Assembly: GCF_001194135.2 (NCBI RefSeq)
Contig: NC_068983.1
Span: 92,162,129 to 92,226,128 of the forward strand
Direction: 5' to 3'
Length of the DNA stretch: 64,000 nt
Source: Octopus bimaculoides
Taxonomy: Eukaryota
The translations under genes and the position numbers were made by a program. Positions 63,898 to 64,000 of this stretch are shown here, piece after piece. Under the pieces are notes generated by a model. The model was not told where the DNA came from. It worked only from the letters and a program-made list of their open reading frames with translations, and did no database searches. How positions within the stretch are numbered: the first letter of the stretch is position 1; each line of letters begins with the position of its first letter.

Positions 63898-63903
63898 AAT
63901 AAA
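63898..63903 (+). promoter_or_regulatory. Putative polyadenylation signal AATAAA
   Basis: Lies just after the candidate stop; AATAAA is common by chance in AT-rich DNA. Confidence 0.3.
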
Positions 63904-64000
63904 ACCATCTCACCCATGCTAACATGAAACAATGTAAAACTGAAAGAGAGGGGATATACAATGCAAATAACAGCGTAGATCATAAGCTAGTTACTGTTTA

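Overview
AT-rich animal genomic DNA, dense in microsatellites and transposable elements, with six N-gaps. The SINE/LINE families look like those of coleoid cephalopods (Octopus-like); this is recognition from memory, not a database result. One host gene is supported, on the + strand: the LAP-family polarity gene scribble. Five phase-compatible coding exons (12259-12431, 58983-59110, 60799-60912, 62408-62519, 63078-63418) cover the end of the LRR/LAPSD region and the linker before PDZ1. A candidate short terminal exon (63849-63860, M-N-D-stop, followed by AATAAA) would give a PDZ-less isoform. The rest is mostly intronic decayed TEs, often nested. A Helitron carries a GG-ended MITE with an 8-bp TSD. 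An R4/Dong LINE contains a piggyBac. A CR1 LINE contains a hAT element, which contains an LTR retrotransposon. A Mag-like Gypsy contains two piggyBacs. Also present are mariner, Chapaev-like, Hero-like, Penelope and RTE remnants. The most unusual items are: (i) an 853-bp foldback element whose centre is a near-perfect hairpin of inverted TTAGGG-like repeats; (ii) an RTE family with a C4HC3 PHD finger inside its reverse transcriptase; (iii) a compact LTR element with an atypical, DIRS-like RNase H; (iv) the candidate PDZ-less Scribble isoform. I found no CRISPR array, rRNA gene, true tRNA gene or intact TE ORF. Boundaries without TIR/TSD or splice-site support are approximate.
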